Part shown: positions 38,915-48,341 of the stretch, piece after piece
Position numbering within the stretch: the first letter of the stretch is position 1
How the letters are laid out: every line of letters starts with the position of its first letter
Assembly (NCBI GenBank): GCA_964489085.1
Contig: CAZAXO010000001.1
Location: forward strand, 1,483-65,482
Direction: 5' to 3'
Origin: an uncultured Candidatus Bathyarchaeia archaeon
Lineage (GTDB): Archaea; Thermoproteota; Bathyarchaeia; 40CM-2-53-6; DTGE01
DNA: 64,000 bases
Notes under the pieces: model-generated
Seen by the model: only the letters and a program-made list of their open reading frames with translations
The model's database searches: none
What the model was told of the DNA's origin: nothing
Translations under genes and position numbers: made by a program

Positions 38915-41617
38915 CTATACTAATGCTTGTAACTCTGTATCTTGAAATATATCTAAATATTGTATACCTAATTCTTTTAACGATGTTTCTAATGGAGATA
39001 AAGTCTTTTTTATTAATCTGTCGTAATCTATGGCTTCTATTACATCATCCGGTAGGTAATCTTCGTCATCTAAGGCTACTTTATCTGTTTTGGCATATTT
39101 AGGTGGTATTTTATTTTCGTCTGTATAAATAAAATGTATAATTGAGTTCTTTCCAAGATTACTTAGACCATCCCATAAATAAGCCCACTGATTTGTCCAT
39201 CTTGCTGCGTCAATATGTTCTACTTTTGATAAGACTTTTCTACCTGTTTTTTTATCTATTCTAAAATACTCGTCAAATCTTTTTGTTGCGGTAACTCTAA
39301 TACAGAGATCCTTTATTGGATATTTACCGGATATTATTTTATTAATTTCCTTTCTTATATATGATTTTATTAGTTTTATTATTTCTCTGTCAGATTTATC
39401 TTCATGTATTATAGATTGTACTTTCTTTATTATTTTATTTCCGACTATAGGTATATTACTCTTTATGTGACCGGTAATTTCTATTTCTGGTTCTTTTAAT
39501 ATAATAGATTTATTTAATATAAACTTTACTATAACTCCTTCACTATATTTCTTTTTTGCTCCAGTGTCATCACTACCTTTTATTCTAACCATAAAATAGG
39601 TCGAAGATATGGTTTCTGGTCTAATAAACAACCTATTTATTTTTAGGTTGAATTTATTCGTTACATATGTTTTATAGAAATGGTTTAGTCTCTTTTCTAT
39701 TTTTCTGCTTTCTTTTATCATATCTTCTGCTGACTTACTTTTTAATTGTATTTTTAATGAATCGGTATCTCCATATATTACTTTTATACCCATATGTATT
39801 AGTAATTTCTTTCCATTTATCATCATAAATCTTGCTGTTACTGTGATAGTCTCAGCTATTACTTCGTTAAATAATCTCCAGTTTTCATTTCCGAATATGC
39901 CGTATATAGTATTTGTTAAATATTTTATTACTGTTTGAGTATCATTAGTTAATTGAATTTCAAACTCCAGTTCTATTATTATTGTTTTGTTACCTTTTTC
40001 TTTTTCTTTTTTCACTTTTTCTTCTAGTTTAAATAACTCTTCTTTTATATTATCTCTATATTCTATTAGCTCTAGTAAACAGCTTGCTATTAGTGATGTT
40101 TTGTCCCGTCTGAAGTATGTATTATTTGGTGTGCTTATATAATCATACGGTAAATTTTTTAATTCTTTTTCGGTCAAATCTTTTCCTATGTATGTATCAA
40201 ATCCTATATTGAATGAAATCATTATCATCGGATATAGTGATTTGAAATCAAATGAACATACTTTTCTTGAACGACCGAAAACTGCTGTGTCTACATATCC
40301 TCCTATATATCCTATTTTCTCTCGTTCTCTTGCTGATGGTAATACTATATTTCTATTCTTAGCCTTAACCAATAGTAATTGATCTATTACTTGCAAATTA
40401 GATAATATATTTTCATAGTTGACACCAGTCATACCTCGTATTCCACTAAAGTATTGTTCTTGTCTCAATTTCTCGTAAATTTCATAATCTATAAGGGTAT
40501 CTATAGCATTATAATAAACTAATAATTTTAATTTATTCTTATATGCTGTATTGAATGAACATCCTAATTTTATTTTTCCATATTTTATTACTGCTAGTCC
40601 GGCATTACCTAGACTTCCACTGACTGTTTTTGTTTGTCTACTCAGATATGCATCTCTTGTATCAAATAGTATTTGACCTTTTATTACATATTCGTTAGTA
40701 TAGTTGTTCAAATATACTGCGTTTAGAGGTGAAAGAGAGAAGTAATCTAGTCTTTTAGTTCTTGTTTTTTCATTGGTTATTTGTCTATTTAATACTTTCA
40801 TTCTGTTTATCATGTATGGAATATCGAATTTTTTTATGTTCCATCCCCATATTCCATCTCCGTTCGTATATTTATGGTATTTCAGGAACCCTCTGAACAT
40901 ATCTACTTCTTTATTATATATATGTATTATCCACTTGTATTTTTTACCGTGTGGATTTACTAATGATACGTGTTTTGTTATTTCATCGTTTTTGGATTTT
41001 ACTAATCCTTTTTTAAATACGAAGGTATTTGATGTTTTTGTAAACGAATCTATTACATTTATTACCGTTACTGGTTTTAGTGCTTTATCAACATCTGGTA
41101 TTTTATTTCCTTCTTCTGTTAGGGTTTCAATATCTAAATGTAGTCGTCTTTTATTGATGAAGAAGTTACATGGTTTTATTAACGAGTAATGTATCTTTCT
41201 TTTTCCAATTGGTACAGATATTCCATTTAGTACGTTAGCATCTATTTGAACTCGTATTTTATATGGTATATCATCTTCGTAACATTCTTCTGTTGGAAAG
41301 TAATCTCTTATACCGTGTGTCTTATTTGCTATACCGCTTACATCTGTTGAATTCCGTACGTATATTTTTTTTAATGGTAAACCATCATAGGATCTATATT
41401 TTCGTTTTGTCTTCTTGTTTTGTTTTTCTATTTTTACTATTCTATCATCTGTAGGTGGTGTACCTTCGTTACTAGTATAAAAATATGGTATGTGACCATG
41501 TGTAGTTATCATATGTTTCTTTTTATTTTTGTCTCTACCAAACCAGAATACTAACTCCCCTTTACCTTTTATTGATTTCTTTTCTACTAAATGAATAGAC
41601 AAATCCATACGTTCCAT
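38915..41617 (-). CDS. polB: family-B DNA polymerase
   Basis: Exo I LHLDIET, motif A DFKSLYPMIM, motif B KYLTNTIYGIFG and motif C YGDTDS. Length 900 aa. Confidence 0.9.
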   Translation of the reverse strand: MERMDLSIHLVEKKSIKGKGELVFWFGRDKNKKKHMITTHGHIPYFYTSNEGTPPTDDRIVKIEKQNKKTKRKYRSYDGLPLKKIYVRNSTDVSGIANKTHGIRDYFPTEECYEDDIPYKIRVQIDANVLNGISVPIGKRKIHYSLIKPCNFFINKRRLHLDIETLTEEGNKIPDVDKALKPVTVINVIDSFTKTSNTFVFKKGLVKSKNDEITKHVSLVNPHGKKYKWIIHIYNKEVDMFRGFLKYHKYTNGDGIWGWNIKKFDIPYMINRMKVLNRQITNEKTRTKRLDYFSLSPLNAVYLNNYTNEYVIKGQILFDTRDAYLSRQTKTVSGSLGNAGLAVIKYGKIKLGCSFNTAYKNKLKLLVYYNAIDTLIDYEIYEKLRQEQYFSGIRGMTGVNYENILSNLQVIDQLLLVKAKNRNIVLPSAREREKIGYIGGYVDTAVFGRSRKVCSFDFKSLYPMIMISFNIGFDTYIGKDLTEKELKNLPYDYISTPNNTYFRRDKTSLIASCLLELIEYRDNIKEELFKLEEKVKKEKEKGNKTIIIELEFEIQLTNDTQTVIKYLTNTIYGIFGNENWRLFNEVIAETITVTARFMMINGKKLLIHMGIKVIYGDTDSLKIQLKSKSAEDMIKESRKIEKRLNHFYKTYVTNKFNLKINRLFIRPETISSTYFMVRIKGSDDTGAKKKYSEGVIVKFILNKSIILKEPEIEITGHIKSNIPIVGNKIIKKVQSIIHEDKSDREIIKLIKSYIRKEINKIISGKYPIKDLCIRVTATKRFDEYFRIDKKTGRKVLSKVEHIDAARWTNQWAYLWDGLSNLGKNSIIHFIYTDENKIPPKYAKTDKVALDDEDYLPDDVIEAIDYDRLIKKTLSPLETSLKELGIQYLDIFQDTELQALV

Positions 41618-41665
41618 ATGGGTGGTAAGGGATTCGAACCCTTATACATGCCTGTACATTCTACC
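41618..41665 (-). ncRNA. tRNA-like 3-prime minihelix (T-arm plus acceptor, no D/anticodon arms)
   Basis: The minus-strand sequence reads GGGTAGA-ATGTACAGGCATGTAT-AAGGGTTCGAATCCCTT-ACCACCC-A. It has a canonical GGTTCGAATCC T-loop/stem and a 7-nt acceptor strand, and it ends 1 nt before the polB ATG. Confidence 0.35.
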
Positions 41666-41697
41666 CTTAATATAAAAAAAATAAAAATATTATTAGA

Positions 41698-42744
41698 TTA
41701 ACTATGTAGTTGAGGTCCGACTATATAGTTTAATTCTAAACCATAATCTAAATCACTTGTTTTCGATAATAGTAATGGTGTCTTATCTCCAAAGTATATT
41801 GTAACGTGACCTTTGGTAGAACTTACTGCTGCGTTAAACTGACCAGCGTATGTTACTTCGAAATTTTTATTCAGGTTTCCTTGTTTTATATACATATCTC
41901 TCGATACTTTTCCTCTATCCTCAGTTTTAGTGCTTTTTGATGTTATATTAAGTCTATTATTTTCTACTTTGAATGGATACATTCTGTTTGCGTGTAATTC
42001 TCCATCTCTTACTACTTCCTTCAGTTGGTTACAGCTTAATTCGACGTATGTAGTTAATTTTATTCCATTATATAATTGTACTATTGTTTTGTCTTTGTTG
42101 AATCTTCCAATAATTTTGTATTTCTTAAAGTAGTCTAGGTTATCCTTATCTGTTTGTTGTTTTCCTATATCGTAGTCTTTTCTTAATTTGGTTATTATAT
42201 CGTTCCTTATGTTTTTTATTTTTGTAGTTTCTACGAAGGCTTCGACGGTTATTGGAAAATTTAGATCTGTCCTAGATTTTCGTATTACTATTAATCCATT
42301 CTCATATATTACGTCAATTAAATCAGTGGAATTAAATCTATTTAGGTAAGATAATAGTTTCTCTATTGAAATTGGCATTTCTCCGGTATTAATTATTGAT
42401 AATTTGTGATCGTATTTATTGTTAATCTTTAATCTCATACTTGCTATTAGACCTTTGTTTAAGTCCATAGAGATAGACCATATCATATTTGTTTCTACTC
42501 GTATTATACAATCATCAATAAAGTTACTTTTTTCTCCAGATAACGTCGTACCATTTGCTTTTAAATGATTTAATATATCAACTAGTTTATTACAAATTAT
42601 TTTAAATCCTACTAATTTAGTTATTTTCTCAGTACTGTCGTCTTCACCTATATCCTCTATTTCCTCTTCTTCAGACTCTACTATATCCTCATATTCATCC
42701 ATAGTAACTTCTATTTCGTCATCATCATCAAAATCTTCACTCAT
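41698..42744 (-). CDS. candidate sliding-clamp (PCNA-like) protein with acidic N-terminal extension
   Basis: It sits between polB and the ATPase gene. The ~300-aa core has a PCNA-like N-terminal pattern (LVDILNHLKAN...FIDDCIIRVETNMIWSISMD). The call is tentative. Confidence 0.3.
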   Translation of the reverse strand: MSEDFDDDDEIEVTMDEYEDIVESEEEEIEDIGEDDSTEKITKLVGFKIICNKLVDILNHLKANGTTLSGEKSNFIDDCIIRVETNMIWSISMDLNKGLIASMRLKINNKYDHKLSIINTGEMPISIEKLLSYLNRFNSTDLIDVIYENGLIVIRKSRTDLNFPITVEAFVETTKIKNIRNDIITKLRKDYDIGKQQTDKDNLDYFKKYKIIGRFNKDKTIVQLYNGIKLTTYVELSCNQLKEVVRDGELHANRMYPFKVENNRLNITSKSTKTEDRGKVSRDMYIKQGNLNKNFEVTYAGQFNAAVSSTKGHVTIYFGDKTPLLLSKTSDLDYGLELNYIVGPQLHS

Positions 42745-44123
42745 TTTGGATACACCTCCATTAAATGATTTATTACATCGGCAAACTTCGGTGCTTCGAA
42801 TTTGTATTTCTCCTGTATTATTTCTTTTTCTTCGAATCTACAATCGGTAACAGCTAATATTCTTTTCGTCACTGCCTTTTTTACAATATCTCCCTTTTTT
42901 GTTTTCATATCCTTTTTTACATCGGTTTTATATAACCTTCCAATAATATCTACCCAGTACTCAGTGCCTTTTTGTACATCGTCTTCATATTTGTCAGTTG
43001 GTTTTCTATCATATAAAGTTTTACCGTCTGTATAAATGGGTTTTACGTTTCCAATCAATATAATATTTATTTGGTACATTCTTAGTTTTCTTAATATTTC
43101 ATAAACTAGTTTCTTTTTATATTGATGTTCTACGATTAATATTTCTCTACTTGGTTTTAGGAACTCATCAAATGTTATATCTGGCATACCATTTTTATCT
43201 TTATGTTTTATCATATATACGAAAAGCATCAAGTCTGTCATTAATGTAAATGGGTCTACAATTAATGTGCCATGTGTTCGATTCTCTAGTGAAAATATAC
43301 CCGCATACATATTTTCCAATGTTGCTTCTGGATCTATTAGTTTGGTATTTTCATCTTTCACAAAACATTGTTTTATATGTATTAATCCTTTCGGATATTT
43401 ATCACTTGGCAAATATTTATACCATTTAGTTTCTGCTTCATCTCTCGTTGCTGCATCTGCTTCTACTATATATACTGGTCTTCCTTTTGGTACATCTCGA
43501 TATTTCGAAGTATAACCATTAAATTCAACAGATGACATCGCCAAATGAGTTTTTCCTACTTTCCCTTTTCCAGTCAGTAGGAAAATAAAACCTTTCATCC
43601 TTTTGTGTCCCTCTTTATACATCTTTATTTCGTCGTTTATAATTGGTACCCATATTTCATCGTATGTAGCTCTGAATACTGCTGGTACTTTTATTCTGTT
43701 TCCTATGTCTTCTTCTTCGTATACTCCTTCTATTTGTATCTCCGAATCAGTTTTTTGTGTTTTACTGTTTTTTGTTTTACCTTTATTTTTTTTACTACAG
43801 CTTTGACATAGCTCAGTTTCCTCAGATATGTATTTAATGAACTTACAGCTTCTACAGGTGTCTAATATATAGAAGTCTTCATTCTTTTTTCCGAAGTTTA
43901 TTTTGAGTAAATCTGAGGTATCTATACCTTTTTTTTCCAGAAATTTTAAAGCTATTTTATGTATGTAGTTACAGAATTCTATTGTTGGTTTTCCATGAAT
44001 CAATGATGATTTGTTTTTATATTTTTCTTCAAATACATCTTGATATTTCTCAGTATTTATTAATTTGTTTACTATTAGGTTGTATGATTTAATTGGTGAT
44101 TTTGTTTCTGTTATTCTATTCAC
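42741..44123 (-). CDS. P-loop NTPase with N-terminal zinc ribbon
   Basis: CRSCKF...CQSC ribbon, then Walker A LLTGKGKVGKTHLA (RecA/KaiC-like). 4-nt overlap with the upstream gene. Confidence 0.4.
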   Translation of the reverse strand: MNRITETKSPIKSYNLIVNKLINTEKYQDVFEEKYKNKSSLIHGKPTIEFCNYIHKIALKFLEKKGIDTSDLLKINFGKKNEDFYILDTCRSCKFIKYISEETELCQSCSKKNKGKTKNSKTQKTDSEIQIEGVYEEEDIGNRIKVPAVFRATYDEIWVPIINDEIKMYKEGHKRMKGFIFLLTGKGKVGKTHLAMSSVEFNGYTSKYRDVPKGRPVYIVEADAATRDEAETKWYKYLPSDKYPKGLIHIKQCFVKDENTKLIDPEATLENMYAGIFSLENRTHGTLIVDPFTLMTDLMLFVYMIKHKDKNGMPDITFDEFLKPSREILIVEHQYKKKLVYEILRKLRMYQINIILIGNVKPIYTDGKTLYDRKPTDKYEDDVQKGTEYWVDIIGRLYKTDVKKDMKTKKGDIVKKAVTKRILAVTDCRFEEKEIIQEKYKFEAPKFADVINHLMEVYPK

Positions 44124-44126
44124 CCT

Positions 44127-45353
44127 TTAATCTTCCATTGTTTGTTCGAATATATCGTCTAGGTCATCTAGGTCTGTTAGTTCTTCTATTTCTTCTTCGT
44201 CTAATTCATCCTCGTTATCTTCGTCCTCTTCTTCGTCTTCTATTATTTCTTCTATTTCTTCGTCTAAATCGTTTGATATAGTTACTTCTGCTTTAGCTTT
44301 GGGTTTAGGTTTAGGTTTTTGTTCTGGTACTTCTCTCTTTTGTTTTGTAATCATCATAAACCCTACTCCCTGAAAGACAATGTCACCCCAATCTCCTGTC
44401 CACTTATCTCCTACTTTGGTTTCTACTTGTTGCATTTTGAAAAATAGATACATATTTGTACCTTCTCCAAAATCTAATGGTAGGTTTCTATTCCACCATA
44501 CTTTATACGGTTTAGTTTCGTTTCCATCTGCATCCATGTAACCCATGTTTGGATGTGATACTGCTATACTTGGAGATATTTCGTCTGTTCCAGGATCTAC
44601 AGCCGTGACAAACACTTCAGCCATAAATTCCTCGTCTGTCCCTTTTTTGTGTTCTTGTGTCCAGCTCACTTTTTTATTGAAAATCTTTTTTATATCCTTA
44701 AGTAGTACAGTCTGTTTTGAAAATAGTCTCGATGCTGACTTATTGGATATTCTGTTTAGTAAACTCATATGTTTCTTATTTTCTATGTTTATATTTGTTA
44801 GATTAGTTGCCTCTCTTGCTTCTAGGTATAGGGTTTTATTCTTTTTATCTTCTGCTATTGTCTTAAATTCTGTTTTAACCCATTCACTGTGTATAACTTC
44901 TTTAAATTTATCAGAGTTTGGATTTGCGAACTCGTTTCCTACTGATATACTTACTATCCTTACTGACTTACCGAGTTTTTCTTTAGTTACATTTTTTTCG
45001 AATACACCGATACCACCTAAATTCCATAGATATGAATATTCAGGTAAATCCTCACCTAATTTTTTATTTGGATTTCCTTCCCTGTTTTTAGCCCAGAAGT
45101 ACAGTGGTATCTTATCTACTACTTCACCAATTTCATTTATAACTTCTCTTACGTATCCCTTTTTTACTGCATTCTCTGGATCTTTTTCGTATTCTGAAAG
45201 TGCTTCAGCCCGTTTCGATGCTACCCAGTTGAAGTGACCGGTGTCTTTAAATATTTTCACGTATACGGCCTCTGTACCTATATCTGATAAATGTCTTTTC
45301 TTTTCGGCAAACAACCTTCCGGTTACCGTATCTTCTATTTCTTCGTCACTCAT
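44127..45353 (-). CDS. protein with long acidic C-terminal tail (possible DNA-binding/SSB-like or structural protein)
   Basis: 408 aa ending in EEIIEDEEEDEDNEDELDEEEIEEL. It is the last gene of the polB operon. Confidence 0.35.
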   Translation of the reverse strand: MSDEEIEDTVTGRLFAEKKRHLSDIGTEAVYVKIFKDTGHFNWVASKRAEALSEYEKDPENAVKKGYVREVINEIGEVVDKIPLYFWAKNREGNPNKKLGEDLPEYSYLWNLGGIGVFEKNVTKEKLGKSVRIVSISVGNEFANPNSDKFKEVIHSEWVKTEFKTIAEDKKNKTLYLEAREATNLTNINIENKKHMSLLNRISNKSASRLFSKQTVLLKDIKKIFNKKVSWTQEHKKGTDEEFMAEVFVTAVDPGTDEISPSIAVSHPNMGYMDADGNETKPYKVWWNRNLPLDFGEGTNMYLFFKMQQVETKVGDKWTGDWGDIVFQGVGFMMITKQKREVPEQKPKPKPKAKAEVTISNDLDEEIEEIIEDEEEDEDNEDELDEEEIEELTDLDDLDDIFEQTMED

Positions 45354-45571
45354 ATTTGGATATTCTTTCCTAACTTCTTCCTCAAGCTCTTCTGCTCGTT
45401 CGAATAGGTCTTTTTCGTTTACTGTTTTTTTTTTAGCCCAAACTTTTATTATCTCATATTTTTCGGTTTTTTCTTTTACTATGTTTAACCACCTTTTGTA
45501 TTTTCTTATTATCGGTTTTTAATTAAATTTTTTTATAAATTTTAAAAATTTTTTTTATATTTAAATTTTGA

Positions 45572-45608
45572 ATTATAACTTAATAATCAACTATTATTAA
45601 GTTATAAT
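45572..45608. promoter_or_regulatory. 37-bp palindrome in divergent intergenic region
   Basis: ATTATAACTTAATAAT-caact-ATTATTAAGTTATAAT. The 16-bp arms are perfect inverted repeats, and the palindrome lies at the minus/plus strand-switch point. Confidence 0.5.
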
Positions 45609-45686
45609 AAAAGTTTTAAATTTTATAATTTTTTTATATAATTTATTATTAAATTAACTTTCCAAATTGACATAGGTGGGATACAT

Positions 45687-46499
45687 TTGATTTATGTAGT
45701 TAATTACGACATGGATGAAGAAGATATAAGCAAAATCTCGGATTTTAAGTATAATAATATATTTATAAACTGTCTAGACCATAGTACAAAGGGTATAGAA
45801 AATGTACTCATTAATACATTTGCTGAGCCAAACAGAAATTTCTTTTCAGGTAAAATATGTAGGTATATAATTAGAAACGTATATTTTGCTAATAATAAGT
45901 CTATAGATATAGTTTTCCGAAATGTTGGTAGGATTATATATCTTATTAATATTAGTTATGAACAGGAGAAGTACATATATTCTAAACACAAAAATAAATA
46001 TAGGTATTATAAGTGTTCATTTAAAAGGAGGGATGATTCGTTTACACTTATGGTTAAACGGGTTATGTTTTGGAATGATATGAACAAATTGAGTTTATTG
46101 GAAGGACAAAGTTATGATATAGGTTATTTATTGAAATTAATTAGTTATAACCTACCGGAGTCTGTGTTATCTGAAACGGACTTTCTTAATAATCTTGAGC
46201 TTATAATGGATTTAGGTAAGTATGTTAATATGATAAATAAAGAGAATATATTTGTATCTTTACTATTGAATTTTGTTACACCTTCTTATATAACTAAATT
46301 TAGATATCCTCCTAAACATAGAAAAGGAAAAAAGAAGAAGGAGGAATCTGAGTTAAAAACTAAATATGGTGGCAATATAGAGGATATGGCTCGTGATAAA
46401 ATGATTGAATATTTTAAATATAGAGACTCTGATTTTGGAAATATTAATACATCGAAAAAAGCCAAAAAAAATAACGATAATACAATGAGTTTGATATAA
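45687..46499 (+). CDS. hypothetical protein
   Basis: 270-aa ORF, the first gene of the plus-strand block. Confidence 0.4.
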   Translation: MIYVVNYDMDEEDISKISDFKYNNIFINCLDHSTKGIENVLINTFAEPNRNFFSGKICRYIIRNVYFANNKSIDIVFRNVGRIIYLINISYEQEKYIYSKHKNKYRYYKCSFKRRDDSFTLMVKRVMFWNDMNKLSLLEGQSYDIGYLLKLISYNLPESVLSETDFLNNLELIMDLGKYVNMINKENIFVSLLLNFVTPSYITKFRYPPKHRKGKKKKEESELKTKYGGNIEDMARDKMIEYFKYRDSDFGNINTSKKAKKNNDNTMSLI

Positions 46500-47099
46500 A
46501 TGAATTTTGAGGATATAACTGATATTAAATTTAAGAAGATAGATAAGGATACTATAGAGTTTACTAAAAAGACCTCATTATGGTGTACCTTACCATATGA
46601 TAACCATAGTAAAGGGTGTCCTAACTACGGTAAAAAAAATACATGTCCACCAGATGCTCCGTATTTGGAACATGAAGTAAAGTCATACGAACATATATAT
46701 TTACTTTATTTACGCTTTGATTTTGAGATGTATAGAGTAATAAGGGGCAATGAATGGATTAATAAGGGATTTCCTTATACAGAAAAGCAATTGCGTTGTC
46801 TTTTATATTATCAACCCTCAATAAAGAGGATAATTAAAAATCATATAATTAATAAATTATTTACTCTGGGAAGTATTTATGTTCTTGGATGTGGTTCTGG
46901 GTTGAGGCTTCCTTTTCAAAAGATTGTGTATTCTATGGAAGCTGTTGGTATAAATGTATTTAAAACGTTAAAAAATAATAATATTTATCATGAAATCAAA
47001 CCTGTTAATACTACATTGTTTGTTAATTTAATATGTTCGAGTGATATTGTATTTGAGAGGAAAGAGAAGAAAGAGATAAAAATAATGGAGTTGATATGA
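46500..47099 (+). CDS. hypothetical protein (CPNYGKKNTCPP motif)
   Basis: 199-aa ORF immediately adjacent to its neighbours. Confidence 0.35.
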   Translation: MNFEDITDIKFKKIDKDTIEFTKKTSLWCTLPYDNHSKGCPNYGKKNTCPPDAPYLEHEVKSYEHIYLLYLRFDFEMYRVIRGNEWINKGFPYTEKQLRCLLYYQPSIKRIIKNHIINKLFTLGSIYVLGCGSGLRLPFQKIVYSMEAVGINVFKTLKNNNIYHEIKPVNTTLFVNLICSSDIVFERKEKKEIKIMELI

Positions 47100-48059
47100 T
47101 TGGATGAAGTTAACGTTTTGTTAATGGAAAAATATAGGAGTAGTGATTTTTCTGATGGTGCGTTATTGGGTCAAGATAGGATATTGAGGTCGTGTAGAAA
47201 TTTTGTTAAGAAGGGTGAAATACCACATCTTATATTATCTGGACCTGCCGGTACCGGAAAAACAACTACTGCTTTGGCTTTGGCTTTACGTATTAGTGGA
47301 CCTGCTAATACTAAAATACTTAATGCGAGTGATGAAAATAGTATTAAGGTTATACGAGGACCAGTTAAAGAATTTATTATGGCTGATTCTGATTTGTCGG
47401 ATATATTAAAGACTCTGATATTGGATGAAAGTGATAATATGTCATCTAAGGCTCAACAGGGACTTCGTAGAATGATAGAAGAACATAGTGATTCTTTTAG
47501 GCTTATTATGACGTGTAATTATATAAACCAGATTATAGATCCCATTGTATCTAGGTGTGTAAATTTGGTATATAGACCTATTCCTAAGATTTTAGTTGTT
47601 AACAGATTAAAAAAGGTTGCTAAAGCTGAATCTATTAAAATTACTAAGAAACAACTTAATATAGTTGCTACTGTGTTTAGGGGTGATATGCGTAAGTGTT
47701 ATAATATTTTAGATTCTATTCGTCTTGGTGCTGATTTTGGTGCATTAATAAATGAAATAAGTCCCGTTACTTATTTTAAGTTAATATTATCTAACAATAT
47801 AGTCGGTATTAAGGATTATATTGATAAAAATATATTTAGTAAGTATGATATGAAATATTTGATTGATTTGTGTATAGATTTGATTGTTAGATTAATTAAA
47901 TCTGATAAAGTTAACGATAAAAGTAAATTTAGTTTGTCTAATGCTAAACATTTGGTTGGTCTTTTGACCGAGGCAGATTATAGGTTGTCTATTGGTTCTG
48001 AATATTCTGCTGTAGCCTTCTGGATAGCTGTAAAGTATAATAATTTGGTGTTATTATAA
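47100..48059 (+). CDS. rfc: replication factor C small-subunit-like clamp loader (AAA+)
   Basis: Walker A LSGPAGTGKTTTALALA, Walker B ILDESDNM, and the RFC-specific SRC motif (IDPIVSRC). Confidence 0.75.
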   Translation: MDEVNVLLMEKYRSSDFSDGALLGQDRILRSCRNFVKKGEIPHLILSGPAGTGKTTTALALALRISGPANTKILNASDENSIKVIRGPVKEFIMADSDLSDILKTLILDESDNMSSKAQQGLRRMIEEHSDSFRLIMTCNYINQIIDPIVSRCVNLVYRPIPKILVVNRLKKVAKAESIKITKKQLNIVATVFRGDMRKCYNILDSIRLGADFGALINEISPVTYFKLILSNNIVGIKDYIDKNIFSKYDMKYLIDLCIDLIVRLIKSDKVNDKSKFSLSNAKHLVGLLTEADYRLSIGSEYSAVAFWIAVKYNNLVLL

Positions 48060-48341
48060 GTGATTACATTTCTAGTTAAGGAAGCTCGTAGTCATTTGGA
48101 GGAATACGGTATTGTATACACTTTACGAGAGTTTTCAAATCGTCGTGTTGGTAAATGTAAATATAATTATTTTCCAAATGATAGGAGTAGAGGGTCTGTA
48201 TTTATTGTTTTTATTGGGAATTTTTTTGATAAGGAATGTGAATTAGTACCATACGTTAAAGATTCCGGTTTTAATTCTTTGAATGAGTGGTTAGAGAAGG
48301 CAGGTAAAGCCAGAATGTTATACTCGGTAAGTTTATTATAG
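48060..48341 (+). CDS. hypothetical protein
   Basis: 93-aa ORF. Confidence 0.3.
   Translation: MITFLVKEARSHLEEYGIVYTLREFSNRRVGKCKYNYFPNDRSRGSVFIVFIGNFFDKECELVPYVKDSGFNSLNEWLEKAGKARMLYSVSLL

Noticed and set aside
40188-41454. Three plus-strand ORFs inside polB
   Set aside because: They are antisense to a strongly supported DNA polymerase gene.
41618-41665. tRNA fragment as integrase attachment site (attL/attR)
   Set aside because: No integrase or recombinase gene and no matching direct repeat were seen in the window, so this is not supported here.
41618-41690. Canonical full-length tRNA gene
   Set aside because: Only the T-arm and acceptor 3-prime strand are present, and the upstream sequence gives no D-arm or anticodon stem. 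It is retained only as a tRNA-like minihelix.
44545-45522. Plus-strand ORFs 44545..45237 and 45241..45522
   Set aside because: They are embedded antisense in the 44127..45353 gene and its upstream region. Their composition is Ser/Phe-rich from the T-rich strand, so they are shadow ORFs.
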